This document shows positions 33,678 to 43,096 of a DNA stretch of 64,000 nucleotides, one piece after another. Under the pieces are notes generated by a model, which did not search any database, was not told the origin of the DNA, and was given only the letters and a program-made list of their open reading frames with translations. Position 1 is the stretch's first letter. The number at the start of each line of letters is the position of its first letter. Made by a program: the position numbers and the translations under genes. The stretch lies in assembly GCA_050485865.1 (NCBI GenBank), contig JBJHCE010000003.1:1506-65505 (forward strand). The letters run 5' to 3'. This DNA is from Gemmatimonadales bacterium (GTDB taxonomy: Bacteria > Gemmatimonadota > Gemmatimonadetes > Longimicrobiales > Gaopeijiaceae).

Positions 33678-34609
33678 GGTCCCTTCTCCTCGCCACCCGG
33701 CGCCGGGGGCGAGGCACCGACTCCAGGGTCCGTTCCTCCGTCGCCGGCCGCCCCCAGCGCGGCCAGGAGCTTCGCTGCAAGGCCCTCGAAGCGGGTCGAG
33801 TCCGGAGCCCCTGCATCGGTGCTGGAGCCGGCACCGGGGTCCAGGGGAATGGATGCCCAGAGGGGGAGGCCGTAGCGAAGGCGAAGGCCTTCTCCCCCTT
33901 CGCCGGGGAAGAGGGCGTGGATCTCCCCGCATCCGGGACAGCGGAACCCGTCCATGTTCGACACGAGTCCCGTGATCGGGACGCCCGCCTCGACCACGAG
34001 CCGGAGCGAGCGGGCCACGACCGCCTCGGAGAGCGTCCCCGGCGTCGTCACCACCACCGCGGCGTGAAGCCCGGGAACGAGCTCAAGGAGCCTTGCGATC
34101 TTGTCCGTTCCGGGCGGAACGTCCACGAGCAGCAGGTCCAGCTCGCCCCACGCCACGTCCCCCAGGAACTCACGGAGGGCCGAGGTCTCGACCGTGCTCT
34201 GCCACAGGTGCCCATGGCCCCCGGGTCCCCGCCAGCGAAGGGGAGCATCGTCCCCTCCCTGGAGAAGCTCCATCGAGATGACCCGGACCCCGGATGCGCC
34301 CGTGGCGGGCTCGATCCCGCCCGAGCCCTCCCCGAGCCTCGCCTCCCGTACCCCGAGCATCCGCGCCATGGAAGGGCCGTTCAGGTCCGCATCCACCACC
34401 CCCACCCGCTTCCCCGCCCCGCCAAGCGCCGACGCGAGTCCCGCGGTCACGAAGCTTTTCCCGACCCCCCCCTTCCCACTCACGATGGCCACGATCGCCC
34501 CGACCCGGGCGAGCCGGCCGGCCAGGCGGGCGTGCTGGTCCAGCACCTGCTCGAGGAGCCCGGAGCCGGTCTCGTGCTCCACCTCGTTGTACGTCCGGAA
34601 CGGGCGCAT
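33674..34609 (-). CDS. Mrp/NBP35/ApbC-family Fe-S cluster carrier ATPase
   Basis: Deviant Walker A SGKGGVGKS, DADLNGPS, and the CPGC cluster-bridging motif (FRCPGCGEIH). Confidence 0.9.
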   Translation of the reverse strand: MRPFRTYNEVEHETGSGLLEQVLDQHARLAGRLARVGAIVAIVSGKGGVGKSFVTAGLASALGGAGKRVGVVDADLNGPSMARMLGVREARLGEGSGGIEPATGASGVRVISMELLQGGDDAPLRWRGPGGHGHLWQSTVETSALREFLGDVAWGELDLLLVDVPPGTDKIARLLELVPGLHAAVVVTTPGTLSEAVVARSLRLVVEAGVPITGLVSNMDGFRCPGCGEIHALFPGEGGEGLRLRYGLPLWASIPLDPGAGSSTDAGAPDSTRFEGLAAKLLAALGAAGDGGTDPGVGASPPAPGGEEKGP

Positions 34610-34623
34610 CCGGAACCCCCGGG

Positions 34624-34869
34624 TCAGGGTGCGAGGAGACGGCCTTCGCCGTCGTGCAGGGTGATGGCGTCGACCGGGCAACTCCGGCACACCCGAACGA
34701 GGGCGTCGCGATCCAGCGCTCCGATCCCATCCCGGAAGACCGCGATCCCGTCGGCGTCGAGGGCAAAGGCCCCGGGCGCCGCATCGAGGCAGTCTCCGAA
34801 CCCGACGCAGATCTGCCGATCGATCCGGGCAACGAGGGCCCCGATCCTGCGCTCCTCGATTCCTTCCAC
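34624..34869 (-). CDS. Small ferredoxin (single cluster, probably 3Fe-4S type)
   Basis: 81 aa. CVGFGDC (C-x2-F-x2-C, middle ligand missing) and a distal CP (CRSCPVDAI), resembling the Fer4_13/15 family. Confidence 0.75.
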   Translation of the reverse strand: MEGIEERRIGALVARIDRQICVGFGDCLDAAPGAFALDADGIAVFRDGIGALDRDALVRVCRSCPVDAITLHDGEGRLLAP

Positions 34870-35032
34870 GGGCGGCTCCCGAAGCGGGTTGGCGACGAAG
34901 GGGGAAGCCCGTTCTCGAGGGCCCCGGACCCAACCTGCGCAGGAGCCGTGCGCTCAGGCAAGAGACGTGTTCGCCGCGCTTCGAGCGTATTCACGGTGGC
35001 GCAGGGGCGCTGTTGCCCCCAGAATCCGCTTC

Positions 35033-35698
35033 ATGAGCGTTCTCGAAGTGCCCCGTTCCCGTCCCCGGAAAGGGGTGGTCGCCGGCGTCGCCCTGGGCGT
35101 CGGAGCCCTGGCCGTGGCCTTCGTGGGCTTCTCCCTGGCGCGTCCAACCCCGGAGACCTTCCTCCCCTCCCCGACGGTGCCCCTTCCGGCCCCGCCGCTC
35201 CAGCCGGGGCAGCACAGCCTCACCGTCGACGCCTCGGACCCGGACCGATGGGTGCACGTCTCGCTCCGGCACGGAACGGTGGTGGAACGGCCGGCACCCC
35301 TCGACTGGGACCTGGCGTTCAGGCGGTTCCAGGTCATCGTGAACGGCGGCGAGGGATTCGCCGGAAGGGCGGCCATGACCTTGCTTGATGCACCGGGGCT
35401 CGAGGGGATCGAAGCCGATGCGCTCGCGCGGGTCCCGCCCGACCACTTCGTCCAGACCCGTGTCCGGAGCGACTCCACCCTCGCGGAGCTTCCCCGGTGG
35501 TACGACTACTCCTTCCTGTCGCACCTCCTCACCCCCCGCCCGGGCGTGTACGCGGTTCGCCTGGCCGACGGAGGGCACGCCCTCCTCGAATACCGTGGGT
35601 ACTACTGCCCGGGACCGACCCCCGGATGCGTCACCTTCCGCTTCCTCCTCCCGGAGGAGGGGGAGGCAAGGGATCCGGCTCCGCCTCCACCTCCGTGA
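35033..35698 (+). CDS. Membrane-anchored HmuY-like domain protein (tentative)
   Basis: N-terminal TM VVAGVALGVGALAVAFVGF. The signature DWDLAFRRFQVIVNGG is one I associate with the HmuY family. The track ORF start (33917) is an antisense over-extension. Confidence 0.5.
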   Translation: MSVLEVPRSRPRKGVVAGVALGVGALAVAFVGFSLARPTPETFLPSPTVPLPAPPLQPGQHSLTVDASDPDRWVHVSLRHGTVVERPAPLDWDLAFRRFQVIVNGGEGFAGRAAMTLLDAPGLEGIEADALARVPPDHFVQTRVRSDSTLAELPRWYDYSFLSHLLTPRPGVYAVRLADGGHALLEYRGYYCPGPTPGCVTFRFLLPEEGEARDPAPPPPP

Positions 35699-38345
35699 CA
35701 TCCCCGAGGGGGAGGGAAACCCGGGTCCGCACCAGGAGCCGGTCGCTCCGGGTGGCGGGATTCGGCATCAGCCCGGGCGGGCGCCGGAAGGCCTCCGCGC
35801 CGAGGATCCGTGCCGGGTCCAGGTGCTCCTCCAGGATCACGAACTCCAGCGCCTCGAGCCCTTCGGGGACCTCCACGTCGAGGAGGAGCGCTCCCTCCCG
35901 GCTCCCCGCCGCCGGATACCCCTGGTGAATGACCCGGGTCACCGGGCGGCGTGCTCCCACCGCCCCGGTGGGCCCGGTGGGTACGGCCTCCCCGGCCACC
36001 GCAACCACCCGCGGGCCACCGTCCTCGGGGTGGTCCAGGACCAGGTGGACGAATCCGCCTCCGATCCCCCCTTCCACCGCCACCCGCACCACCCGGGCGA
36101 GGGAGCCCGCCACCTCCCCTTCCACCCGGACCTGGGTCGCGGGGAGCTCGGGGATCGGAACCGGGCGCTCCACGTACCCATCGGACAGGGAGAAACGCCC
36201 CGCCCCCTCCGAGGACGCGAAGGGCCCGTGCAGTTCGGCCATGGCCTCGAACCCGGAATCCTCACGGCTGAGCCGCAGGGCGAGGTCCTCCTCCCGGTCC
36301 ACCGCGTAGAGAAGGGTGGACCGGAGGGGCCGCTCGGGGCCCGGGCCTCCGAGAAGGAGCCCGCCGGCGAAGAGGGCCCCGGACACGACGAAGGCCACCC
36401 CGGGTGCCCACCACCGGTTCGGCTCCCCGGCCCCGTCCAGCGCAGGCAGGAGGGCGGCAAACCCCACCGCCGAGAGGAAGGCAAGGCCGATCCAGGCCCG
36501 GAGGCTCAAGGCCACCCATAGCCCCTCCACGAGGGGCACGACGATGGCGAGGGCCGGGAGGGCGGCCGCGAGGAGGAGAATCCGTGCCCAGACCGGGAGC
36601 GGGGCACGGGTTCCTCCCCCGAAGAGGGACGCCGCTGCGACCCCCACGACCGCGGCCAGCGCCGGAATCTTGAAATCGAGGCTCATGAGGGGGGCGACAA
36701 GAGCCGTGGCGAGCGCAAGCCCCACGGGGAGGACCGCGGCCCCTGCGGCGAGGGGAGCGAGGGGAAACCACCTTCGCATCACCCCGAGGAGGGCAAGGAA
36801 CACGCCGGCCCACGCGGCAAGGAGGGCGGCCATGTACCATCCCTCCCCGTAGACCACCGGCGTCATCGTCCCGAACTCGGGGTGAAAGCGGGGAAGTACC
36901 CGCAGGAGCCCCCAGGCGGAAAGGGCGAAGAGCCCGAAGGAGGCGAGGACGAGCCCGGACCCCGCCACCACGCCGCCCAACCCCGCCCGCCTTCCCGACC
37001 CACCGCCGGCGCCCCTCCGGAGGACGAGGGCCGCTGCAAGCCCCCAGAGGAGGAGGACACCCAGGGCAACCGGGACCGCGAAGCCCACCGGGTACCCGAT
37101 CCACCCCACCACCACCGGGGCCACGTACACCCGGTCGGGGGCGTTCACCTGGGCCAGGTCCTCGTCGCCCAGCGCCCGGGTGATGGCCAGAAGGCGGGTT
37201 CCCATGTGCTGGATCGAGCGTTCCGACACGTTCTCGGGACGATCGGTGGGCTGGTGGTAGGTCCAGGCCCCGTCGATCCCCGAGAAGTTCAGCCCCTGAA
37301 CCCCCGCCTCCCGGAAGGGGGTGAAGTCGGTGTCATTCGGCAGCCTCCGGTAGACCTCCACCGAGGTCGAGCCGGGTACCGGTCGAGGATCCACCCGACG
37401 CACCACGTCGAGGATCCACCCGTTCTCCGCCCCGGTCTCGAAGAGGTACACGGGGCCGCTCCCCCCGCGCATCTCGGCATTGAGCACGACGCGGACCTCG
37501 TCCATCCAGGGGTGCGCATCGACGAACGCCCGGGCCCCGAGGAGCCCCACCTCCTCGGCATCGGTGAGAAGGAGGATCACGTCGTTTTCCGGGCGCCCCC
37601 CGGCCAGGAGCGACCGGGCCACCTCCAGGATCGCCACCACCCCCACCCCGTCGTCGCCGGCGCCCCACGACAGGATGCCCGCGTCGTAGTGGGCAACGAG
37701 GAGGATCGCCCCCGAGGGGTTCGTCCCGGGGATCCGGGCCAGGAGGTTCCGTACCGTCACCGCGTGGACGCTCCCGGAGGCGGCCTCCGCCCCCGTGCCG
37801 GCGCCCCCCCCGCGCCGGAGCGAGACCGTGGTCTGCACGTGCGGATCGAGCCCCAGCTCGTGGAGCCGCCGGAAGAGGAGCTCCCGCGCCCGGTCATGCT
37901 CCGGCGCCCCCACCGGCCGGGGCCCCCGGGCGAGCTCCACCAGATCATTCATGGCCCGGGCCGAGGAAAACGCCGTGTCCGGAGCGTTCGCCGGGACCGG
38001 CGCCGGCAGCGCCCGGTACCCGCTCGCCCCCCACCCGCCCGCGAGGAGAATGACCACGGTCAGAAGCCCCACCGCCCAGGACCCCCGGGGCGGTCCGGAG
38101 CCGGGGGGCGCCGGCCGTCCCCTCCTCCCTCCCGACGACGGCGGGGGTGGTGGCGGTGGCGGAGCCACCGCGGTGGGGCCGGCAGGCCTCCGCCCCGGAG
38201 GCGCCCCCTTCCCCTCCCCCTCGAGCTCCCGCAGGAGCTCCTCCTCGTCGAGCCCGGCGATCCCGAGCTCCTCATCACTCGGAAGCTCCGGGAGGTCAGG
38301 AAAGCGGTCGTCGTCTCGGTCCACCCGGTCCCCCCCGTTGGTCAC
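35631..38345 (-). CDS. M28-family metallopeptidase fused to a polytopic membrane domain and large C-terminal domain (ERMP1/Pff1-like architecture)
   Basis: Acidic, proline-rich N terminus and a TM helix. M28 core ILLVAHYDAG...GAGDDGVGVV...LLLTDAEEVGLLGA...WTYHQPTD, then about 8 hydrophobic helices. The GTG start overlaps the upstream stop (GTGA at 38342-38345). Confidence 0.75.
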   Translation of the reverse strand: MTNGGDRVDRDDDRFPDLPELPSDEELGIAGLDEEELLRELEGEGKGAPPGRRPAGPTAVAPPPPPPPPSSGGRRGRPAPPGSGPPRGSWAVGLLTVVILLAGGWGASGYRALPAPVPANAPDTAFSSARAMNDLVELARGPRPVGAPEHDRARELLFRRLHELGLDPHVQTTVSLRRGGGAGTGAEAASGSVHAVTVRNLLARIPGTNPSGAILLVAHYDAGILSWGAGDDGVGVVAILEVARSLLAGGRPENDVILLLTDAEEVGLLGARAFVDAHPWMDEVRVVLNAEMRGGSGPVYLFETGAENGWILDVVRRVDPRPVPGSTSVEVYRRLPNDTDFTPFREAGVQGLNFSGIDGAWTYHQPTDRPENVSERSIQHMGTRLLAITRALGDEDLAQVNAPDRVYVAPVVVGWIGYPVGFAVPVALGVLLLWGLAAALVLRRGAGGGSGRRAGLGGVVAGSGLVLASFGLFALSAWGLLRVLPRFHPEFGTMTPVVYGEGWYMAALLAAWAGVFLALLGVMRRWFPLAPLAAGAAVLPVGLALATALVAPLMSLDFKIPALAAVVGVAAASLFGGGTRAPLPVWARILLLAAALPALAIVVPLVEGLWVALSLRAWIGLAFLSAVGFAALLPALDGAGEPNRWWAPGVAFVVSGALFAGGLLLGGPGPERPLRSTLLYAVDREEDLALRLSREDSGFEAMAELHGPFASSEGAGRFSLSDGYVERPVPIPELPATQVRVEGEVAGSLARVVRVAVEGGIGGGFVHLVLDHPEDGGPRVVAVAGEAVPTGPTGAVGARRPVTRVIHQGYPAAGSREGALLLDVEVPEGLEALEFVILEEHLDPARILGAEAFRRPPGLMPNPATRSDRLLVRTRVSLPLGDVTEVEAEPDPLPPPPPGGGSGR

Positions 38346-39130
38346 GTCCCCTCTGGTCCCACCCCCTGGCCCCCGGGCTTCCCCCCGCCGGCCAGGTACT
38401 CGGCAAAGGCGTCGGGGAGGGTGCTTCGACGGATCCCGTCCATGGCCCGCTCGAGGTCGTACTCGACCCGCACCACCTCCACCTCCGCCTCGCCCCCACC
38501 AAGCTGGAGGATCACGTACCCGGCGCGCCAGTCCCCATCCTTCGGTCGCCCCACCGAACCGGTGTTCACGAAGTGCACCCCGTCCACCACCCGGTGCCAG
38601 GGAAGGTGCGTGTGCCCGAAGGCCACCACGTCGCCGGCGCGCACCCCCGCCCGCTCGCCCATCTTCCGGCAGAAGTCGTCGGAGCGGTCCTCGGTCCAGT
38701 AGAGGGTGTTGAGGGTCGGCGCCCCGTGCACGAGGACGAGGGTGGGCCCGGCCTGGTGCCCCCCCAGGGGCCTCAGGTCCATCCGGAAGGGGAGCGCCCC
38801 GAGCCACGCCTTCGAGGCCCCGGAGGTGTGCTCCACCGTCCAGGCGTACGAGAGGTGGGAGAGCTCCTCCTGCCTCGGGTCCTCGTAGCGGCACCCGCAG
38901 TGCTTGTACCCGGTGGCCGTGGTCGAGTCGTAGTTCCCCGCCACGCCGGGGATTCCCTCCTCCCGGAGCCGCGCCACCACCTCGTTGGGCCAGGGGGCGT
39001 ACCCCACCAGGTCCCCCAGGTGGTAGACCGCGTCCACCCCACCCCGGGCCGCCCGCCCCGAAAGGTCTTCGAGCACGGCCTCGAGCGCCGGGAGGTTCGC
39101 ATGAATGTCGGAAATGAGGGCGATGCGCAT
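38342..39130 (-). CDS. Metallophosphoesterase (YfcE/MJ0936-like)
   Basis: MRIALISDIHAN, HLGDLVGY, GNYD and FGHTHLPW motifs. Confidence 0.85.
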   Translation of the reverse strand: MRIALISDIHANLPALEAVLEDLSGRAARGGVDAVYHLGDLVGYAPWPNEVVARLREEGIPGVAGNYDSTTATGYKHCGCRYEDPRQEELSHLSYAWTVEHTSGASKAWLGALPFRMDLRPLGGHQAGPTLVLVHGAPTLNTLYWTEDRSDDFCRKMGERAGVRAGDVVAFGHTHLPWHRVVDGVHFVNTGSVGRPKDGDWRAGYVILQLGGGEAEVEVVRVEYDLERAMDGIRRSTLPDAFAEYLAGGGKPGGQGVGPEGT

Positions 39131-39182
39131 GGGAAAAGGCTCCGGTCGGCTGGGTCGAAGGGTCAGGGGCGCGTGCGGGGCG

Positions 39183-40310
39183 TCAGCCCGTTCCCGGGGC
39201 GGAGACCGCCGCATCCCCCGAAGGAAGCGCCCCGTCCTCGGCAGGGAAGTGCTCACGGGTCCGGTTCGCCACCCCCACCAGGAAGAGCATGACCGGGACC
39301 TCCACGAGCACCCCCACCACGGTGGCGAGCGCCGCCCCGGAGTTCAGCCCGAAGAGGACGATCGCCGCCGCCACCGCGAGCTCGAAGAAGTTCGAAGCCC
39401 CGATGAGCGCCGCCGGGGCCGCCACCGAGTGCTTCACCCGCCAGAGGCGCGCCCACCCGTACGCCACCGCGAAGATGAAGAGGGTCTGGATCGTGAGGGG
39501 CACCGCGATCAGCCCGATGTGGAGCGGGTTTGCGAGGATCGTCTCTCCCTGGAAGGAGAAGAGGAGGACGAGGGTGAGGAGGAGCCCCACCATGGGGAAG
39601 GGCGCGATCCGCGCGAGGAACACCTTCCCGAACCATTCGATGCCCCGCGTCCGCACGATCCACTGCCGCACGATCACCCCCGCCGCCAGCGGGATCACGA
39701 TGTAGAGGAGGACCGAGAGGAACACCGTGTCGTACGGCACCGTGATGTCGCCGAGCCCCAGGAGGAGGAGCACGATGGGCGCAAAGGCGAAGAGCATGAT
39801 CACGTCGTTCAGCGCCACCTGGACGAGGGTATACGCCGCATCTCCCCTGGTCAGGTAGCTCCACACGAAGACCATGGCAGTGCACGGCGCCGCCCCCAGG
39901 AGGATCGCCCCGGCCACGTACTCCCGCGCGAGCCCCGCCTCGATGAAGGGCGCGAAGATCACCTGGAGGAAGAGCCAGGCGAAGAGGAACATCGTGAAGG
40001 GCTTGACGAGCCAGTTCACGACCAGGGTGATCGTGATCCCCCGGGGCTGGCGGCGCACCTCGAGGAGGCTCCCGAAGTCGATCTGCACCATCATCGGGAA
40101 GATCATGGCCCAGATGAGGAGCGCCACCGGGAGGTTCACCTCCGCCACCGTGTACCGCGCGAGCGTCTCCGGGACCGCGGGGACGAAGTGCCCGATCGCC
40201 ACCCCGGCCGCGATGCAGAGGGCGACCCAGACGGTCAGGTACCGCCCGAAGAGGTCGAGACCCTTGCCTTCGGGCTCCGGCGGGCGGGGGTCCGAGGAGA
40301 TGCTCTTCAT
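39183..40310 (-). CDS. acr3: Arsenite efflux transporter ACR3
   Basis: [25 protein letters not shown] and [13 protein letters not shown] (conserved Cys) motifs with about 10 TM helices. The ATG overlaps the arsR stop (ATGA at 40307-40310). Confidence 0.9.
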   Translation of the reverse strand: MKSISSDPRPPEPEGKGLDLFGRYLTVWVALCIAAGVAIGHFVPAVPETLARYTVAEVNLPVALLIWAMIFPMMVQIDFGSLLEVRRQPRGITITLVVNWLVKPFTMFLFAWLFLQVIFAPFIEAGLAREYVAGAILLGAAPCTAMVFVWSYLTRGDAAYTLVQVALNDVIMLFAFAPIVLLLLGLGDITVPYDTVFLSVLLYIVIPLAAGVIVRQWIVRTRGIEWFGKVFLARIAPFPMVGLLLTLVLLFSFQGETILANPLHIGLIAVPLTIQTLFIFAVAYGWARLWRVKHSVAAPAALIGASNFFELAVAAAIVLFGLNSGAALATVVGVLVEVPVMLFLVGVANRTREHFPAEDGALPSGDAAVSAPGTG

Positions 40311-40684
40311 CGGGATGCGAACGAGCCGGCCGGAACCGGGCGGGGGGGAATGGAGGCGGGGCTCTCCCCGGAGAGGCGGGCCAGGAGGCCCCCGACCCGG
40401 GCGAGGGCCCTCCGGTCGGCGCAGTAGCTGACCCGGGGGCCCTCCACCTCGCCCCGGACGAGCCCCGCCTCGCGAAGGACCTTCAGGTGCTGGGAGACGG
40501 TGGACTGGGCGAGGGGGAGATGGTCCACGATGGCACCGGCGAAGCATTCCTCCTGCTCCAGGAGGAAGCGGAGGATCCGTACCCGGGCGGGGTGCCCCAG
40601 GGCCTGGGCGAGCCGGGCGAGCTCCTCGTCGGGGTCGGCAAGGGGCGGGACGGGAGTTCCGGGGGGGCAGCTGCGGGGGGTCAT
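40307..40684 (-). CDS. arsR: ArsR/SmtB-family transcriptional repressor
   Basis: wHTH region [15 protein letters not shown]...[14 protein letters not shown]. An upstream ATG at 40747 would add an R/P-rich 21-aa extension, so the start is uncertain. Confidence 0.8.
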   Translation of the reverse strand: MTPRSCPPGTPVPPLADPDEELARLAQALGHPARVRILRFLLEQEECFAGAIVDHLPLAQSTVSQHLKVLREAGLVRGEVEGPRVSYCADRRALARVGGLLARLSGESPASIPPRPVPAGSFASR

Positions 40685-40807
40685 GGGCCTCGTGGGTGGC
40701 GGTTCGCGGGAGGGCGCGGGGCGCGTCCGTGCGCGTTCATCGGCCATCTACGATAACCGAACGTGCGCCGCTCCGGGAGGCGGTCCGGGGGCCCCGGGTC
40801 CCGCCGT

Positions 40808-43096
40808 TCAGAAGGGCCGGGCACGACCCCGGCCGAGGGAGAGCGGCGGGTGCGAGATGATGAGCACCGGGCACGGGCTCTCCCGGACCATCCGGGCCAG
40901 GAGTTCCCCCATCCGGCTCCGCCCGCCACGGGGCCGCGTGATCCCGAGTACCAGGAGGTCGAAGGTGCGGGCGCGCTCCACGATGGCGCCGATGGCGTCT
41001 GGGGCCCGAACCACCTCGGCGTCGCCCCGCCCCCGGGCCTCGTCCCGGACGTAGGTGGCCAGTGCGCTCCGGGCCCGGTCCTCGGCCGCGATCGTGGCCT
41101 CCGGGGCGAGGATGTGGAGGAAGGCCAGGTGCTCGACCCCCTTCCGCGACAGCGTCCCGATGACCCGGGCCCGGAGGAGGTCGTGGTCGTTGTGGCCGCT
41201 CAGCGGAATGAGCACCCGGCGTACACCGTCCAGGTCGAAGGCCTCCCCGGCGTGGAGGAGGGCCACATCGCAGGGAAGCCGCTCGATGAGGCGATCGATG
41301 GGGTGCTCCGGGGTTCCGGCGGCTTCCGCGGCCCGCTCCCCCCCGGGGGCCTGGGCGAGCCCCAGGAGGACGCTCTTCACCTCCTCCTCGCGGGTGACCC
41401 GGGCGATCTCCGCCCAGGGGTTCTCGGCCACCGTGAGGAGGAGCTCGGTCTCGATCCCCTCCCGGCGGGTCCGGATGAGGGCATTCGAGAGGGCCGCGCC
41501 CCCGTCCTCCATGGCCTTCCGGACCCGGGCCTCCTCCGTGTCCTTCCCCGCCACCACCACCTGGTGGAGGAGGATGCGCCCCGTTCCGGTAGGGGCCAGC
41601 GCGCTCGCCACCGAGGCGAGCCCCCCGGCGCGGGACGGGTTCGCCAGGGGCACGAGGACGGTACTCCGGCTTCCCCGGAAGCGCGGCACCAGGGGGTCGC
41701 CTCCGGCCACCGCCGCATCCAGCGCCTCGGCGCGGCTCGACAGGAACCCGGCGTAGACGAAGGTCCCCACCGCCATCCAGACGAGGAGGAGGAGCCCCGC
41801 CGCCGGCACCGTGGCAAGCTGGAAGACCACGAGGAGCCCGCAGGCGGCGGCACCCACTGCGGGGACCAGGGGAAAGAGGGGGGCCGCGAAGGCCCACGAG
41901 ACCCGCCCCCCGGCCCGCTTCCGCACCTGCCACGCGCTCACGTGGGTGATCCCGAAGGTCACGAGAAAGATGAGGGAAGCCGCGGCGCCGGCCGCCGCCA
42001 GGTCGGGCACCACGAGGATCAGGAGCCCGGCACTCCCGCACACGAAGGCAATGGCCGCCACTGGCGCCCCGGTGGTACGGTGCGCCTGCTCCAGGACCCG
42101 GGGGAGGGTGCGGTGCCGTGCCATGGCGAGGGCCACGCGCGATCCCGCCAGGAGGTTCGCCCGCAGCGCGGTCAGGGTCGAGAGGATCGCCGCCACCACC
42201 ACGAGCCAGAAGCCGAAGGCCCCCAGGTACGACGAGGCCGCCACCGCGAAGAGCGTTTCCGGGTAGGCCCGGGCCACCTCCGCCGGCGAGGTGGCCCCGG
42301 CCGGAAGCCCCACGGTGGTCACCACGAGGAGGAGGGGGAGGTAGATGGCAAGGGCGAGCCCGAGGCTCGCGAACATGGCCCGGGGAACGGTCTTCCGGGG
42401 ATCCTTCACCTCGCCCGCCACTCCGGCAATGAGCTCGAAGCCCTGCATCGTGATGAAGGTGAAACCCATGGCCGCGAGGACCCCCGCGAACCCGGTCTCA
42501 AGGAAGGGCGACAGGGGTGCCAGGGCCTCCGACGGACCCCGCTGGACGATGGCGGCGAGCCCGGCGGCGATCAGGATCCCGAAGACCGCGAGTTTCCCCA
42601 CGTTCTCGAGCTGCCCGCCCGAGGGGGAGCCCTTGAGGAGCAGGGCGCCGTAGACCCCGGTGGCCGCGAGGGCAAGGAGGAGCATCAGGGCCCGGGCGGA
42701 GCCGCTCCCCGGGGCGACGAGATGGGCGAGGCCGCCGGGCACGAGGGGCTCGAGGGCGGCCACCGCGTAGGCCGCGAAGCCCAGCGCGTACAGCACCGCC
42801 GCCACCACGTGAGCGAAGGTCATGACCCATCCGACCCCGAAGGCGGCGCGCACCGAGAAGGCCCGGCGGGCGTAGACGTACTGTCCGCCGTTTTCCGGGA
42901 AGGTGGTGGCGAGCTCGGCAAAGGCGAGGGCCGTGAGAAAGGCCACGACCCCGTTCAGCGCGAAGGCCAGGATGGCGGCGGGGCCCGCCTCCGCCACCGC
43001 CACGCCTCCGAGCACGAAGACACCGCCCCCCACGATGGCGGCCACGCCGATGCCCGTGGCGCCGACGAAGCCGATGGAGCGTCCGCCGGAGGGGAT
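40808..43096 (-). CDS. APC-family amino-acid/polyamine permease fused to tandem C-terminal USP domains; start codon uncertain
   Basis: TM1 motif RSIGFVGATGIGVAAIVGGGVFVLGG, about 12 TM helices, then two USP-like domains (TVLVPLANP..., VLIPLSGHN...PCPVLII). The track start (GTG 43045) falls inside TM1. See the finding on an ATC codon with a GGAGAG Shine-Dalgarno at 43096. Confidence 0.7.
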   Translation of the reverse strand: MPSGGRSIGFVGATGIGVAAIVGGGVFVLGGVAVAEAGPAAILAFALNGVVAFLTALAFAELATTFPENGGQYVYARRAFSVRAAFGVGWVMTFAHVVAAVLYALGFAAYAVAALEPLVPGGLAHLVAPGSGSARALMLLLALAATGVYGALLLKGSPSGGQLENVGKLAVFGILIAAGLAAIVQRGPSEALAPLSPFLETGFAGVLAAMGFTFITMQGFELIAGVAGEVKDPRKTVPRAMFASLGLALAIYLPLLLVVTTVGLPAGATSPAEVARAYPETLFAVAASSYLGAFGFWLVVVAAILSTLTALRANLLAGSRVALAMARHRTLPRVLEQAHRTTGAPVAAIAFVCGSAGLLILVVPDLAAAGAAASLIFLVTFGITHVSAWQVRKRAGGRVSWAFAAPLFPLVPAVGAAACGLLVVFQLATVPAAGLLLLVWMAVGTFVYAGFLSSRAEALDAAVAGGDPLVPRFRGSRSTVLVPLANPSRAGGLASVASALAPTGTGRILLHQVVVAGKDTEEARVRKAMEDGGAALSNALIRTRREGIETELLLTVAENPWAEIARVTREEEVKSVLLGLAQAPGGERAAEAAGTPEHPIDRLIERLPCDVALLHAGEAFDLDGVRRVLIPLSGHNDHDLLRARVIGTLSRKGVEHLAFLHILAPEATIAAEDRARSALATYVRDEARGRGDAEVVRAPDAIGAIVERARTFDLLVLGITRPRGGRSRMGELLARMVRESPCPVLIISHPPLSLGRGRARPF

